From the IMG/VR virus record IMGVR_UViG_2884411467_000001, positions 17,098-81,097 of that record: a stretch of 64,000 nt of DNA; one strand, given 5' to 3'. This DNA comes from a virus. Lineage: Duplodnaviria > Caudoviricetes. Below are positions 9,479 to 18,800 of this stretch, one piece after another (the stretch's first letter is position 1; every line of letters starts with the position of its first letter). The notes below the pieces were generated by a model, which saw only the letters and a program-made list of their open reading frames with translations, did not search any database and was not told where the DNA came from. Both the position numbers and the translations under genes were made by a program.

Positions 9479-10116
9479 GCGGCGGCTCCGAGTGCGCCAG
9501 CGTTATAAGTCTTCACGGTCGCGACCACGTTCGCGGGAACGGCGATCGCGGTACCTGCAGCCATGTCGTAAGCGCGGTCAATGACGCCACTATCGCCAGC
9601 CTGATGGCCTGGCTGGGCGCCCATGACGCGTCGCGTCCAGCCCTGGCCGAATGTTGCGAACGTTGGCAGTCCCCGCAGGAAAGCCATACGTGCGTTGCAG
9701 ATGGCATCCGTTAGCGCACTGATGCCATACGTCGAGCCATAGCTGACGATGGCCTGGATGGTTACCGGGCCGATCTGACCATCCTGCACGGTGTGAACGA
9801 TTGCTTGCAGCGCGCGTGCGGCACGAGCGACGCCTGAATTCACGGCGAAATCGAAGGCGGCATAGTCCACGCCCAGCGGCAGGGCGTCGCCATTGATCAT
9901 GTTCCAGTAGCGCCAGCGGTAAATCGCCCGAAGCTCCGCATCTGTCATCAGGCGAACCGACTGACGCGGCACCTTCCGACGGTCACGGTCATCGTCATAG
10001 ACGGCCTGCGTCACTCCCTTGTAGGTAGCTCCGCCCGGGTCTTTCGGGTTGTTGACCCACCCGCCCTCATAGACCAGCGTCAGACTAAGGCTGGTGTCGA
10101 AATTCGTCTGGCTCAT
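9475..10116 (-). CDS. Endolysin, glycoside hydrolase family 108
   Basis: EGGWVNNPKDPGGATYKGVT, FDFAVNSG and FGQGWTRR motifs. Confidence 0.92.
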   Translation of the reverse strand: MSQTNFDTSLSLTLVYEGGWVNNPKDPGGATYKGVTQAVYDDDRDRRKVPRQSVRLMTDAELRAIYRWRYWNMINGDALPLGVDYAAFDFAVNSGVARAARALQAIVHTVQDGQIGPVTIQAIVSYGSTYGISALTDAICNARMAFLRGLPTFATFGQGWTRRVMGAQPGHQAGDSGVIDRAYDMAAGTAIAVPANVVATVKTYNAGALGAAA

Positions 10117-10354
10117 CGCGCTCGTGCCGCAAGAACGGCGATACATAGGTGGTCAGGCTTGGCGGGCGGTGCTTTTTACACTGCGAACCACGTGGGGAAT
10201 CTCGTTGTCCACCGCAGCACGGCATCGGCTCACGCCGAGGCGCTGGTCGTGCATTCAGCGAGCCTGACCTTGAAACGACGCCGCGACGGGCCGTCTCCCG
10301 AAGGACTTACCCCGCATATCCACCTAGGGGCGCGCAGCGATTCGGAACGACGGC

Positions 10355-10579
10355 TTACTCCGCCGGCGTGAAGTCGATGAAATATTCCTTGTTCAGCTCA
10401 AGCAACCCGCACGCGTCCGGGTTGCTGATGAGCATCGTGAGCTGACCACCCGGGGTTGCCTGGGACCAGCTGTAGTTCGCGCTGGAAGGGTCCGACGAGT
10501 AAACCGGGGAAAGCGATACTTGCTCGCCACCCTGATAGGGCTGCACAGAGTGAACTCGAAACTTGGCGCGGATAGACAT
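10355..10579 (-). CDS. Small conserved phage protein
   Basis: MSIRAKFRV...YFIDFTPAE with a GGAG RBS. Confidence 0.7.
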   Translation of the reverse strand: MSIRAKFRVHSVQPYQGGEQVSLSPVYSSDPSSANYSWSQATPGGQLTMLISNPDACGLLELNKEYFIDFTPAE

Positions 10580-10589
10580 GAGATGCTCC

Positions 10590-10618
10590 AAAAGAAAAGC
10601 CCCGAACTGGGCGGGGCT
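10590..10618 (-). terminator. Late-operon terminator (tR'-like)
   Basis: AGCCCCG-7 nt-CGGGGCT followed by TTTCTTTT, just downstream of the Q-like gene. Confidence 0.75.
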
Positions 10619-10692
10619 GTATCAAAATGAGTGGTCGCACGAAGCGGCAGAATCATTGTAGTGACCAAAACCGGAAGCGCCTATTCCGGAAA

Positions 10693-11370
10693 TTAGGCAG
10701 CTGCGCGTTCGAGCGCACGACTCGCAGCCGCCAAGCCATCAGCACAGTGATCCATCAGCCACGTGTACACGTAATGCCACGTCTTGCGGTAGGCATCCTC
10801 TTTGATGCCAAGCGCGCCTGCCCGGTCGACGTTCTTCGACGGGATGACGCCCTGCTCCTGGCACCGGCCACACGGCTTGGGGCCTGTTCTCGACGCGACC
10901 TCTTTCCTTCCCTCGCAATCGGGGCACTGCCGTGGCGAAAGGATCTCCGCCAGCACCGCCGGGGCAAGACGCGCATATGCAGGATTCGGCAGCCGGATCT
11001 CGTTCTGCACCTCGTCAACGCTCGGCCAGCGATTCTCGTGCGCTGAGGCGTACATGCCCTGGGCCCGGCGCAACGCGAAGCGGTCGGAGCTGATGGCAAT
11101 GGCCAGCGTCGCGTCCAGCATGGCGTTCTCCCGTCGGCGGTACTCGGCCATCAGCTCGGCGTTCATGGCATTGAGCGCGTGGTGCTGGAGCGACCAGCGA
11201 CTGTCCGGCCACCAGTAGAGGCACAGCAGGTCTCGGCCGAGGCCACGCGGCACCATGCCCAGGGCGCCAGCGATATCCGACGATGTCAGCTCAGGTAGTC
11301 CGCCACTGCCGATATCGAATCGGACGTTCTTCGGGTGCAGGCGCGCCAGCAGATAGGCGGGGTGCGTCAT
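10693..11370 (-). CDS. Antitermination protein Q-like
   Basis: CPDCEGR...CGRCQ zinc finger; last gene before the late terminator. Confidence 0.75.
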   Translation of the reverse strand: MTHPAYLLARLHPKNVRFDIGSGGLPELTSSDIAGALGMVPRGLGRDLLCLYWWPDSRWSLQHHALNAMNAELMAEYRRRENAMLDATLAIAISSDRFALRRAQGMYASAHENRWPSVDEVQNEIRLPNPAYARLAPAVLAEILSPRQCPDCEGRKEVASRTGPKPCGRCQEQGVIPSKNVDRAGALGIKEDAYRKTWHYVYTWLMDHCADGLAAASRALERAAA

Positions 11371-12014
11371 GCGGAGGCCTCACGCAGCTCAACCGTCACC
11401 GCAATTGGCACCACGCGCAGCGGGCCGCGGTGAGGCTGCCTGACCTTCTGGGCCTTGAGCAGTCTTCCGGCCTCATCCTCGCTCGCCGTCACCTCGGCCA
11501 GGTTGATGCGGTCGTCCTGGTCCGCCAGCCCCCACAGTTCTGCGTGGCCCGCATTGAGCGTCGTCTGCATGTCGATCACCTTCAGTGCAATGAGTTGGTC
11601 TTGCAGCGCCAGCAGCGAGTCATCGCTGCCATAGCGCGTCCGGAACTTGCGGGCGTGGCGGGCATAGCTCGGCCCCAGCACGGCGGTGCACTGAGTGACG
11701 GTCATCCCCTCGAGCGGCTCGCCGCGGTGATGCCAGCAACACAGGCCGATGCTGTAGCGGTGGCCGCGCCGGGTATGCCCATGGCGCCCTGTCTTGGTCA
11801 GGTGGTGCACCTCGGGCGTGGTGAGCCTTCCGCTCATCAGGCAGGCGAGGCAACCGATCATCCGAATGACCTCGAAGCGGAGGTCTTCGCCGACGGTCGG
11901 GGTTCCGGTGCTACGGCCCTGCCTGAGAGTGCTACCGCGCTTCTTCGCCTTGGGGGCGCGCTTGTCGCTCACCTGCTTGAGCGCTGTCCGGCTCAGCAAT
12001 GCTGTCCGTTTCAT
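11367..12014 (-). CDS. Ref-family (recombination enhancement) HNH nuclease
   Basis: GCLAC...EVHH...IGLCCWHHRG motif with a basic N-terminus. Confidence 0.75.
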   Translation of the reverse strand: MKRTALLSRTALKQVSDKRAPKAKKRGSTLRQGRSTGTPTVGEDLRFEVIRMIGCLACLMSGRLTTPEVHHLTKTGRHGHTRRGHRYSIGLCCWHHRGEPLEGMTVTQCTAVLGPSYARHARKFRTRYGSDDSLLALQDQLIALKVIDMQTTLNAGHAELWGLADQDDRINLAEVTASEDEAGRLLKAQKVRQPHRGPLRVVPIAVTVELREASA

Positions 12015-12226
12015 GCCATCACCTGAACTGGTGCGGCCAACACGTCGTTCACCTTCTCGACCAGGCGCCGCGCCTCTTCCTCGGTCAGCCGGTACACCCC
12101 TGCCCCGACCAGCACCTCTATGCTGCCGTCAGGCAAGCGCTCCGCCAGAGGGCGATGCTTCATGGTTGGCTTGCGTGGATCCATCACGCGGCCCCCGCGC
12201 GGCCGGCCGGCACACCATTGGGCCAC
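12011..12226 (-). CDS. Hypothetical phage protein
   Basis: Coupled ORF in the nin-like region. Confidence 0.5.
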   Translation of the reverse strand: MAQWCAGRPRGGRVMDPRKPTMKHRPLAERLPDGSIEVLVGAGVYRLTEEEARRLVEKVNDVLAAPVQVMA

Positions 12227-12495
12227 CCGCAGGCGCGGGCATCATTCAAGCGAGCGGCCTGCTTCTCTCGAATCGCTTTGGCGCGTATCGGATCGTCGTC
12301 ATAGGGGACTGCGAGCACGTCGAGCGCGGTTCGCATGTGCCGAGAGGCCGTTGCACGAGAGATCCGCAGTTCGTCGCAGACGGCGTCGGCAATATCCCCC
12401 ATGAGGAAGTGCTTATCGCGCCGGTAGGCATCTTGAACTGCCACCAGCACGCGCATGGCCAATGCCGTCGGCAACAAATCTCCTTTCCGTCTCAT
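12184..12495 (-). CDS. Hypothetical phage protein, possible HTH
   Basis: DIADAVCDELRISRATASRHM. Confidence 0.55.
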   Translation of the reverse strand: MRRKGDLLPTALAMRVLVAVQDAYRRDKHFLMGDIADAVCDELRISRATASRHMRTALDVLAVPYDDDPIRAKAIREKQAARLNDARACGWPNGVPAGRAGAA

Positions 12496-13004
12496 CGCCA
12501 CACCTCGCGCAGGTTGCCGTCCACATATGCTTTCCAAACGTCGAACGCCGCTTGTGCGCCTTTGCACACGAACGCCGCGTAGCCCTCATCGATCGACTCA
12601 GTGAGCCACTCGATCTGGTTTTCACTCGGCCGACCGTCCAGCGCCTTCATCTCGATGTACAGCCCGTGGAAGCCGCTGCGCGCCACGCTGCAGAACAGGT
12701 CATGCACGCCCGAGCGAACGCCTTCGGCCTTCAGGCGCCCCGCCTCAGCCTTCGAGCGGCGTCCACCATTGGGAATCGCGAAGGTGCGCTTAGCGGCGCG
12801 CGCATAGCGCGGGTCTCGCAGCGCCAGCGAATCAACGCGCTGGATGAAGTCGACCTGCTCGCGGTGTTCTGGGTCGTCGCGCTTCACCTTCGGCGCCGAC
12901 GGCAGCACGGGGAGCGTCGGCGTCTTCGGTACCGAGGGCAGGCGCGCACGCATGCCAGCGGGCATGTCGTCGACGCTGCGATAGCGGAGCGCGCCCTTAG
13001 GCAT
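12492..13004 (-). CDS. VRR-NUC domain nuclease
   Basis: FAIPNGGRR, GVHDLF, LYIEMK and ENQIEW motifs. Confidence 0.88.
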   Translation of the reverse strand: MPKGALRYRSVDDMPAGMRARLPSVPKTPTLPVLPSAPKVKRDDPEHREQVDFIQRVDSLALRDPRYARAAKRTFAIPNGGRRSKAEAGRLKAEGVRSGVHDLFCSVARSGFHGLYIEMKALDGRPSENQIEWLTESIDEGYAAFVCKGAQAAFDVWKAYVDGNLREVWR

Positions 13005-13281
13005 CGATGTCCACCTGCATCAGGTCGCGCTCGAGGTATTGGCTCACGCGCAAGCGGGACTCTTGGTTGCCCGCATCTTGCGGACCGATGCCCAGCTCCT
13101 TGCACGCCTGCCAGTAATCCCGCTTCTCCCGGCGACAGACGTAGCAATACCCACGCACGCGCTGCGAGCGCCACCTGATCCACTCAGGAAAATGCACGCC
13201 ATGGCGCGCACAGCAGATCAGCACCTTCGTCCCTCGGAAAGGGAGCGTCGAATGCCGACGGGGGCGATCCTCACCCAACAT
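12997..13281 (-). CDS. Hypothetical phage protein (Cys-rich)
   Basis: CYVC motif; coupled ORF. Confidence 0.5.
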   Translation of the reverse strand: MLGEDRPRRHSTLPFRGTKVLICCARHGVHFPEWIRWRSQRVRGYCYVCRREKRDYWQACKELGIGPQDAGNQESRLRVSQYLERDLMQVDIDA

Positions 13282-13774
13282 AGCCGCCCCTCATGATCTC
13301 GCCGAGGCGACTGCGCATATCCACCGCCAGCCGATCCACCGAAAACTTGGTGCCATTGGCCGGCGAGGAGCGATAGGTACCGACAAGACTATCGATGTGC
13401 CGGTCCATGGCGGTGCCGTACTCGGCGTGGTGGTGGAGCGCCACTGCGCCCTCGCCATTGCAGCCGATGAACACTGCGACCTCACCGTGATCACGGAGGA
13501 TCTCTGCGACTCGGCGCGATGCCGAGCCAACCGAGGCAAGCGTTACTTCACCGAGCTCGACCATGCCGGCCGTGGCAATGGAGAATAACTGCGTCGGACG
13601 GCCGTTCTGGTACTTGACCCGGTTTCGGACAGACTTCACCAGGCCCTCCGACTTCAGGAGGTTCAGCGCACGGCGCACCACGCTGTCACCCAGCGCCAGT
13701 TCTTTCATCATCGCCTCGACGGTCATGGACTCACGCTGGAGCGCGGCGTAAATGCGCGAGGCGGCTGGGCTCAT
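13271..13774 (-). CDS. Winged-HTH hypothetical phage protein
   Basis: MTVEAMMKELALGDSVVRRALNLLKSEGLV. Confidence 0.6.
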   Translation of the reverse strand: MSPAASRIYAALQRESMTVEAMMKELALGDSVVRRALNLLKSEGLVKSVRNRVKYQNGRPTQLFSIATAGMVELGEVTLASVGSASRRVAEILRDHGEVAVFIGCNGEGAVALHHHAEYGTAMDRHIDSLVGTYRSSPANGTKFSVDRLAVDMRSRLGEIMRGGYVG

Positions 13775-13779
13775 GCTGA

Positions 13780-14457
13780 TCACGCAACCTGCTCCTGAGC
13801 CTGAGCGCCCGAGCCAAGGATCTCGGCCATGCGCGCCAGTTCGCGACGCACCGTTTCGTCGTTCGCTGGCACCGGCTTCGCTGGCTTCTCGTGCTTGATC
13901 ACCCCGGCGACCGGCGGAGGCAGTGGCCATCCCCGCATCACGTGCTCGCACGTCAGTTCGTAGGCCTCACTGACGGCACGCTCGCAGCGGAACTGATCGC
14001 CCGAGTTGTATTCGCCCGTGTTGAGGTACGTCCAGAACTGGCGAACGAACGGAGTGATGAACTCACCCAGGTGGCCCATGTCATGGCGCACAGAGGCGAT
14101 GCTCGGAATGCCCATGCACATCGCACGGAAGCGTGGAGCCGATGGGGGCCATTCCAGTCCGCGCGCCAGCGCAGCCTGTAGCCCCAAGGCGATCTGCGCA
14201 GGCGTGACGCCAGCGAGCGCCGCAGACCACGTGTCGGCAGCGTTGCCGGCTGGGTCTACCCCGTACTGCTTCGTCCACGTGTTGCCGAACATGTGCGCCA
14301 TCTTCAACCAGAACTTATCCAGCAGGTCCTGCGGTGCACGTGCCTTCAACGACCTCACTCGATCGTCGGCCGTCTTGCTCACGGGCTTGTCGCTCGTCGA
14401 TGGCGCGCTGGACATCGTCGCCAACGCCTCCTGCGCTGCCGCTGCTACGGGTTGCAT
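13780..14457 (-). CDS. Replication protein P-like (helicase loader)
   Basis: FWLKMAHMFGNTW...WPPSAPRFRAMC; follows the O-like gene. Confidence 0.7.
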   Translation of the reverse strand: MQPVAAAAQEALATMSSAPSTSDKPVSKTADDRVRSLKARAPQDLLDKFWLKMAHMFGNTWTKQYGVDPAGNAADTWSAALAGVTPAQIALGLQAALARGLEWPPSAPRFRAMCMGIPSIASVRHDMGHLGEFITPFVRQFWTYLNTGEYNSGDQFRCERAVSEAYELTCEHVMRGWPLPPPVAGVIKHEKPAKPVPANDETVRRELARMAEILGSGAQAQEQVA

Positions 14458-15139
14458 GGGTGCCTCCGTTGGAGTTCTGCTTCGGCGCGAATAGGCCGCG
14501 CCAGCCGAGTTCGATCGCGTTGTCGATAACCTTCTTGGGCGGCCAGCCTTCGGCGCGCAGCCTGCCGAGGGCTTCGATGGCCAGCTCGGCGGCGCGTTGG
14601 GTCAGCGGCTGCTTGCGCTCCTTCCGGTCACTCACCCAGGCATCCCAGACGTCGGGCGGCAGCCAGGGGGGCAATGTGACTTCGATCGGAGGTGTAGCTG
14701 AACGCGTGCGCTGACGTTTGCTCTTATTGACGGTTAATGACGGTTCTTGACGGTTAGTGTCCGCCTGGCGGACTTCGTCGTCCGTCTCCCGGACTTCGTT
14801 GTCCGGCAGGCGGACTAGTCCGCCGTCATCCGAACTAGTACGCCTGCCGGACTGGTTGCCCTCGTGGACTAGTTCACCTGCCGCGAAAGCTGCCGGCGTG
14901 ACGTTGTAAGTCGTCTTGTAACGGTCGGTCCGATCCGCCTTCACCGCCTTGTACTTTTCCAGCCACTTGATTGCGTCGATCACCGCCGTGCGACCGAAGC
15001 ACGTCCGCTCGCAGATCGTCGTCAAGGAGGGCCAGCAATAGCCTTGGTCGTTGGCGTTGTCCGCCAGCGAGATCAGCACTGCCTTCGGCGTCGGAGGCAT
15101 CTGCAGGGGCCAGCACTGCGCCATGATCATCGTGCTCAT
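14315..15139 (-). CDS. Replication initiator (O-like, N-terminal HTH)
   Basis: KAVLISLADNANDQGYCWPSLTTI and a C-terminal WDAWVSDRKERK; contains iterons. Confidence 0.85.
   Translation of the reverse strand: MSTMIMAQCWPLQMPPTPKAVLISLADNANDQGYCWPSLTTICERTCFGRTAVIDAIKWLEKYKAVKADRTDRYKTTYNVTPAAFAAGELVHEGNQSGRRTSSDDGGLVRLPDNEVRETDDEVRQADTNRQEPSLTVNKSKRQRTRSATPPIEVTLPPWLPPDVWDAWVSDRKERKQPLTQRAAELAIEALGRLRAEGWPPKKVIDNAIELGWRGLFAPKQNSNGGTHATRSSGSAGGVGDDVQRAIDERQAREQDGRRSSEVVEGTCTAGPAG
14728..14873. repeat. Prophage replication origin inside the initiator gene
   Basis: GGACT(T/A/G) iteron-like repeats at 14770, 14791, 14812, 14832, 14849 and 14866, next to three GACGGTT copies in an AT-richer patch. 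Confidence 0.7.
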
Positions 15140-15217
15140 GGCGCACGCTCCAGGGCGGACCCCTCACGGTGATAGGCTGGCTGTGCGACCAGAACAACCA
15201 CACACCGAAGGGAATCC

Positions 15218-15466
15218 ATGAACGAGGAGCAGCTGGAAAACGCCTTCTCCCATATGATGGGACGAGTCGTCGCGATGGAGTTTGCGCTGAAGGTACTCAT
15301 CAGCACTCACCCCGATCCAGAGAAGTTAGCCGCCGTTTGGCGCGCACGTGTACCGGATTTGGTCGACGCCGGTAGCGAATCGCCGGAGACCGTGCACGAC
15401 CCTGAGTTCCGCGAAGGACTGACGCGCCAGCTTCAACTGCTCGGTTCCCACCTGTCTCAGAAGTAG
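15218..15466 (+). CDS. Counter-oriented moron, hypothetical protein
   Basis: 82 aa ORF with an AAGGGA RBS, opposite to the replication operon. Confidence 0.65.
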   Translation: MNEEQLENAFSHMMGRVVAMEFALKVLISTHPDPEKLAAVWRARVPDLVDAGSESPETVHDPEFREGLTRQLQLLGSHLSQK

Positions 15467-15638
15467 GCCACCAGATCCATGGACGCCATCGGATGTCGCG
15501 ATTGCGGTACCGCACGAACGCCCAGCCAACATGCACCCACCAACCACGACCATTCGCGCGATATACAGGGCGCATACCCATTACGAGCGCCAGCGCGTTC
15601 ATCTTGATTGGGTCGAGGTTGGGAGTGATGTCAGTCAT
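15300..15638 (-). CDS. Hypothetical Trp-rich protein; 3' end probably disrupted by the moron
   Basis: ATGA coupling to the upstream gene; the 3' part runs antisense to the moron. Confidence 0.4.
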   Translation of the reverse strand: MTDITPNLDPIKMNALALVMGMRPVYRANGRGWWVHVGWAFVRYRNRDIRWRPWIWWPTSETGGNRAVEAGASVLRGTQGRARSPAIRYRRRPNPVHVRAKRRLTSLDRGEC

Positions 15639-15874
15639 GTCTGTGGCGTGAGATGCGCGCGATCGAGCTCCCGTAGAGCAATCGCTGCGTCGCTGGTGGT
15701 CATACCTGAGCGCGCCGCCAGCTCTTTGCAGGCGGCTTCGAAGGCAAGTTCTTCAGGCGGTTTTCCGAGAAGCGATGCAGCGCTGATGAGTCGCCCGTAG
15801 GCCTCGTCACCACCAAGCTCCAACGCAGATAGACGGCCGTTAAAACGGTCCTGAACACGGACTTCAGCCTTCAT
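15635..15874 (-). CDS. Hypothetical phage protein
   Basis: Coupled ORF in the pR operon. Confidence 0.55.
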   Translation of the reverse strand: MKAEVRVQDRFNGRLSALELGGDEAYGRLISAASLLGKPPEELAFEAACKELAARSGMTTSDAAIALRELDRAHLTPQT

Positions 15875-16064
15875 GCGAGCCAGCGCTACGCTGTTCGCCG
15901 AATTCCTCCAGGATCTTCTGAACGCCCATGTTGATGAGCTCGCGCTTCAGCTCTCCCCACGTACGTCCGGCCAACACGGCAGCTTTCTTGCCGCGCCCGC
16001 GCTCGATGTCATTGAGAGCGACCTTCTCGTCTTGGCGCCGAAGCTGGGGATCGAGGTACGTCAT
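15864..16064 (-). CDS. Small regulator at the CII position
   Basis: 66 aa gene directly after cro. Confidence 0.55.
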   Translation of the reverse strand: MTYLDPQLRRQDEKVALNDIERGRGKKAAVLAGRTWGELKRELINMGVQKILEEFGEQRSAGSHEG

Positions 16065-16104
16065 AGTCAGGTCCTTTGAACTGCGAGTTGGTCTGTGGTC
16101 ACGG

Positions 16105-16314
16105 TCAAGCGGCCTGATTGGGCTGCTTGTCGTTGTTGGCGGGCGGCTGGCGACCTACAAGCTGCAAGATGCGAAACCCGGTGTCGTAGCTCACGGAAAG
16201 AACCCCGTTCCGGATGCGATTGATCGTCGAGCGGTTAACGCCAACGGCCTGGGCGATTTGATGCTCGTTCCAGTGGGCATCGATGAGGGCTTGCACAGCG
16301 GCTTTAGGAGTCAT
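16105..16314 (-). CDS. cro: Cro-like repressor
   Basis: HTH NEHQIAQAVGVNRSTINRIRNG; divergent from cI. Confidence 0.85.
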   Translation of the reverse strand: MTPKAAVQALIDAHWNEHQIAQAVGVNRSTINRIRNGVLSVSYDTGFRILQLVGRQPPANNDKQPNQAA

Positions 16315-16327
16315 GGGCCATGAGCAT

Positions 16328-16343
16328 TGTGCGTTTACGCACA
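16328..16343. promoter_or_regulatory. Right operator (OR) palindrome TGTGCGTTTACGCACA
   Basis: 16-bp near-palindrome between cro and cI; an identical copy is at 19414. Confidence 0.85.
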
Positions 16344-16391
16344 AATGTCAATGCTTTTGCGCAATCAACTGCGCAGACGCAATGTCCGAAC

Positions 16392-17084
16392 ATGGAGGGC
16401 ATGAGCTACCTCCAGCAGAACCTCAAATGGCTGTTTGAAACGAAGAAGACCAACGGCTACCAAGTGGCCCAGAAGACGGGCGTGGTCGCGAGCACGATCA
16501 ATCGCATCGTGAATAGCAAGTTCAACGACGCGCGAGACAGCACGATTCGGCCAATCGCGGAACACTTCGGCCTTTCAGTCAATGACTTGAAGAATGTGGA
16601 CCTGCAGGCCCAGGAGAAGCTTCTGGCCGTGGGTGAGGCCGTGGGTAAGCTGTCAGTGGACGCGTGCCTGATCACGGCGGTTCCCGAATTTTTCCCGGAG
16701 GATGCTCCGCTCATGAACCTGCTGGCACCTCAGGACACGATCGCCCTATCGAAACCTGCGCTCGCGGCTATCACGACCGCCCCGCCATCTGATGTGCGTT
16801 TCGCGATTGCCCTGGACGATGCCATGCGCGGCGAGATTGAAAAAGGTGAGCTGGTTCTCATTGATACCCGTGTTCGGACCGTTACGGTCGACGGCATCTA
16901 TGCTTTTACTTACTTCAAGCGACCGCACATTAAGCGAGGCGGTCACGAGGGAGCATCAGGTGGTTTGATGTTCACCGGAACCAATCCAAGGGTGAACAAT
17001 ATCCCCGTGGAGACCGAGGAAGAGATGAAAGGACTCAACATCATCGGCCAAGTCATTGCCTCCTTCACCAGGCGGCGTTACTGA
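16392..17084 (+). CDS. cI: CI-like repressor (XRE HTH plus S24 peptidase domain)
   Basis: HTH GYQVAQKTGVVASTINRI; C-terminal DAMRGEIEKGELVLID...DGIYAF...IKR. Confidence 0.88.
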   Translation: MEGMSYLQQNLKWLFETKKTNGYQVAQKTGVVASTINRIVNSKFNDARDSTIRPIAEHFGLSVNDLKNVDLQAQEKLLAVGEAVGKLSVDACLITAVPEFFPEDAPLMNLLAPQDTIALSKPALAAITTAPPSDVRFAIALDDAMRGEIEKGELVLIDTRVRTVTVDGIYAFTYFKRPHIKRGGHEGASGGLMFTGTNPRVNNIPVETEEEMKGLNIIGQVIASFTRRRY

Positions 17085-17119
17085 GTCGATTGCCTGCGGC
17101 CTTCAGGGGGAGGGACAAG

Positions 17120-18778
17120 GTGGTATATCTAGCAAAGTGGGCCAGGAACTATTGGGTCCAAGGGACTGCCTTTGCCGTCCTGTATGGATTGACCTTCTAC
17201 CATTTGAAGGATGCCTCGCCAGCTACTCTTAACTTGCCTGTCGGCATGCGACTAGCGCTTTTCCTTGCCCTTCCACCGCGTTGGTGGCCTTGGCTTGTCG
17301 CCGGAGACATCGGAGCAAACGGGTACTGGAACATCACCGTTGCCGTGAAGCATCACTTTCCTGCCCTTTGGGCGGCGGTGGGTACGTCAATGCCGGTGCT
17401 CGCAGGCCTGATCCCTGCACACTTCAACAGGAAGTTTGGCGGCCCATACGATTTTGATAAGCCCCGCGACGCGATGCGCTTCCTTACCACCGCAGCCGGC
17501 AGCTCGCTCCTCACCGCGCTGGTATGCATCCTTGGCATTCTGGCCGCATCCATCGGCCGCCCCACGGGCATGACCTATGCCGACCCGGCCTTGGCGTCCC
17601 AGTTCACGATTTATCTCACTGGAGCATTAGCTTCCACTGTGCTCCTGCCGCCACTGGTGCATGTCGTTCGGGAGTTCTTTCCTAAAGGCAAGCGTGCTCT
17701 CACGGACAAGGACCTGATCCTTATCGGCGGGTTTGCCGCCTATGTGCTGGTGGGAACGCTCTTCCTACAATCGGTCCCAATCGGCATGCTCACGCTTGTC
17801 CGATGTGCTCTCTATGCGCCCCTGATCCTCATGACGCGCATCATGGGTTGGCGTGGCGCCACCATCATGGGGCTCGTTTGTGCAATAGCTCTTCAGGCGA
17901 CGCAACGCGTTGACGTGGAAGGGCCATTTATCTCGGTGCAGGATATCGCCACTGCCTGCGCGGTCACCATGTTCATCTTCGGGTCCGTTATCTCCGAACA
18001 ACGCAAGCAGGTGATAGCTGCCAAGGCGCAAAGCGAGCAGTCGCAGAGCGACGTGCGTCAGATGCGTGGCCTTGTTAAGCGCCACGCAACTCGTTCCGAA
18101 GCGCTCTTTCGGCACAGCGCGGGAATCATGGAAGATCTCGTGCGCGGCGCTCAGCAGGCGGAACGACAGATGCAGGACACGCCCGATCGTGGGGAGCGCG
18201 CCCTCATCCAGTGGGAGGCGATGAAGGGAATTCGCGAACGAATGCGCTCACTGAGTGAGATCTTCCATCCAGAATTGCTCGAGCAGGCAGGGCTCAGAGC
18301 AACTATCTCGTCCGGGCCGCTGTACCAGATACTCAGCGCCTGCGGGATTGCGTTTGACGACGATCTACGTGCGCGTCCGGGCCTACTCTCGCAAGAAGTC
18401 CAAATGTCGCTGTACCGCCTTTCTTACGAAGGGGCGTGCGTCATGCTTCGCGATAAGACACCGGAGAGGATGGTGGTGTCACTTCGGATCGGCAGAATTG
18501 CTAGGGGGCCGCGCTACGCGATCCTGCGCTTGAAAGGCGTTGTTTCGAGCCCTGAGGGATGGCGTGCCCCGACCAGTGTTGTGACCACAGGTTTCAGCCT
18601 GGATGGTATGGGCTTGGTGGCGGAAAGCTTCCAGGGTCGCGTCAAATACAGCAGGGACGCGCACCGCATGACCATCCTCTTGTTCGACGGTGCAACTCAG
18701 GCGATCACTGAGACCGTAAAGGCCCTACCGTTCTCAATGAACCAAGGCCACCCCTCGGTTACCGACGCCGCGGGCTAA
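17120..18778 (+). CDS. MASE1 membrane sensor with a degenerate UhpB-like kinase C-terminus
   Basis: LNLPVGMRLALFLALPPRWWPWLVAGD (MASE1) and about 9 TM segments. FHPELLEQAGL and LYRLSYEG resemble HisKA_3/HATPase segments but lack the ELHD, N-box and G-box motifs. GTG start at 17120 with RBS. Confidence 0.8.
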   Translation: MVYLAKWARNYWVQGTAFAVLYGLTFYHLKDASPATLNLPVGMRLALFLALPPRWWPWLVAGDIGANGYWNITVAVKHHFPALWAAVGTSMPVLAGLIPAHFNRKFGGPYDFDKPRDAMRFLTTAAGSSLLTALVCILGILAASIGRPTGMTYADPALASQFTIYLTGALASTVLLPPLVHVVREFFPKGKRALTDKDLILIGGFAAYVLVGTLFLQSVPIGMLTLVRCALYAPLILMTRIMGWRGATIMGLVCAIALQATQRVDVEGPFISVQDIATACAVTMFIFGSVISEQRKQVIAAKAQSEQSQSDVRQMRGLVKRHATRSEALFRHSAGIMEDLVRGAQQAERQMQDTPDRGERALIQWEAMKGIRERMRSLSEIFHPELLEQAGLRATISSGPLYQILSACGIAFDDDLRARPGLLSQEVQMSLYRLSYEGACVMLRDKTPERMVVSLRIGRIARGPRYAILRLKGVVSSPEGWRAPTSVVTTGFSLDGMGLVAESFQGRVKYSRDAHRMTILLFDGATQAITETVKALPFSMNQGHPSVTDAAG

Positions 18779-18790
18779 ACCCGCGGCGTC
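18764..18790. terminator. Perfect 11-bp hairpin at the convergent gene junction
   Basis: GACGCCGCGGG-CTAAA-CCCGCGGCGTC. Confidence 0.7.
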
Positions 18791-18800
18791 GTGGGACGCT

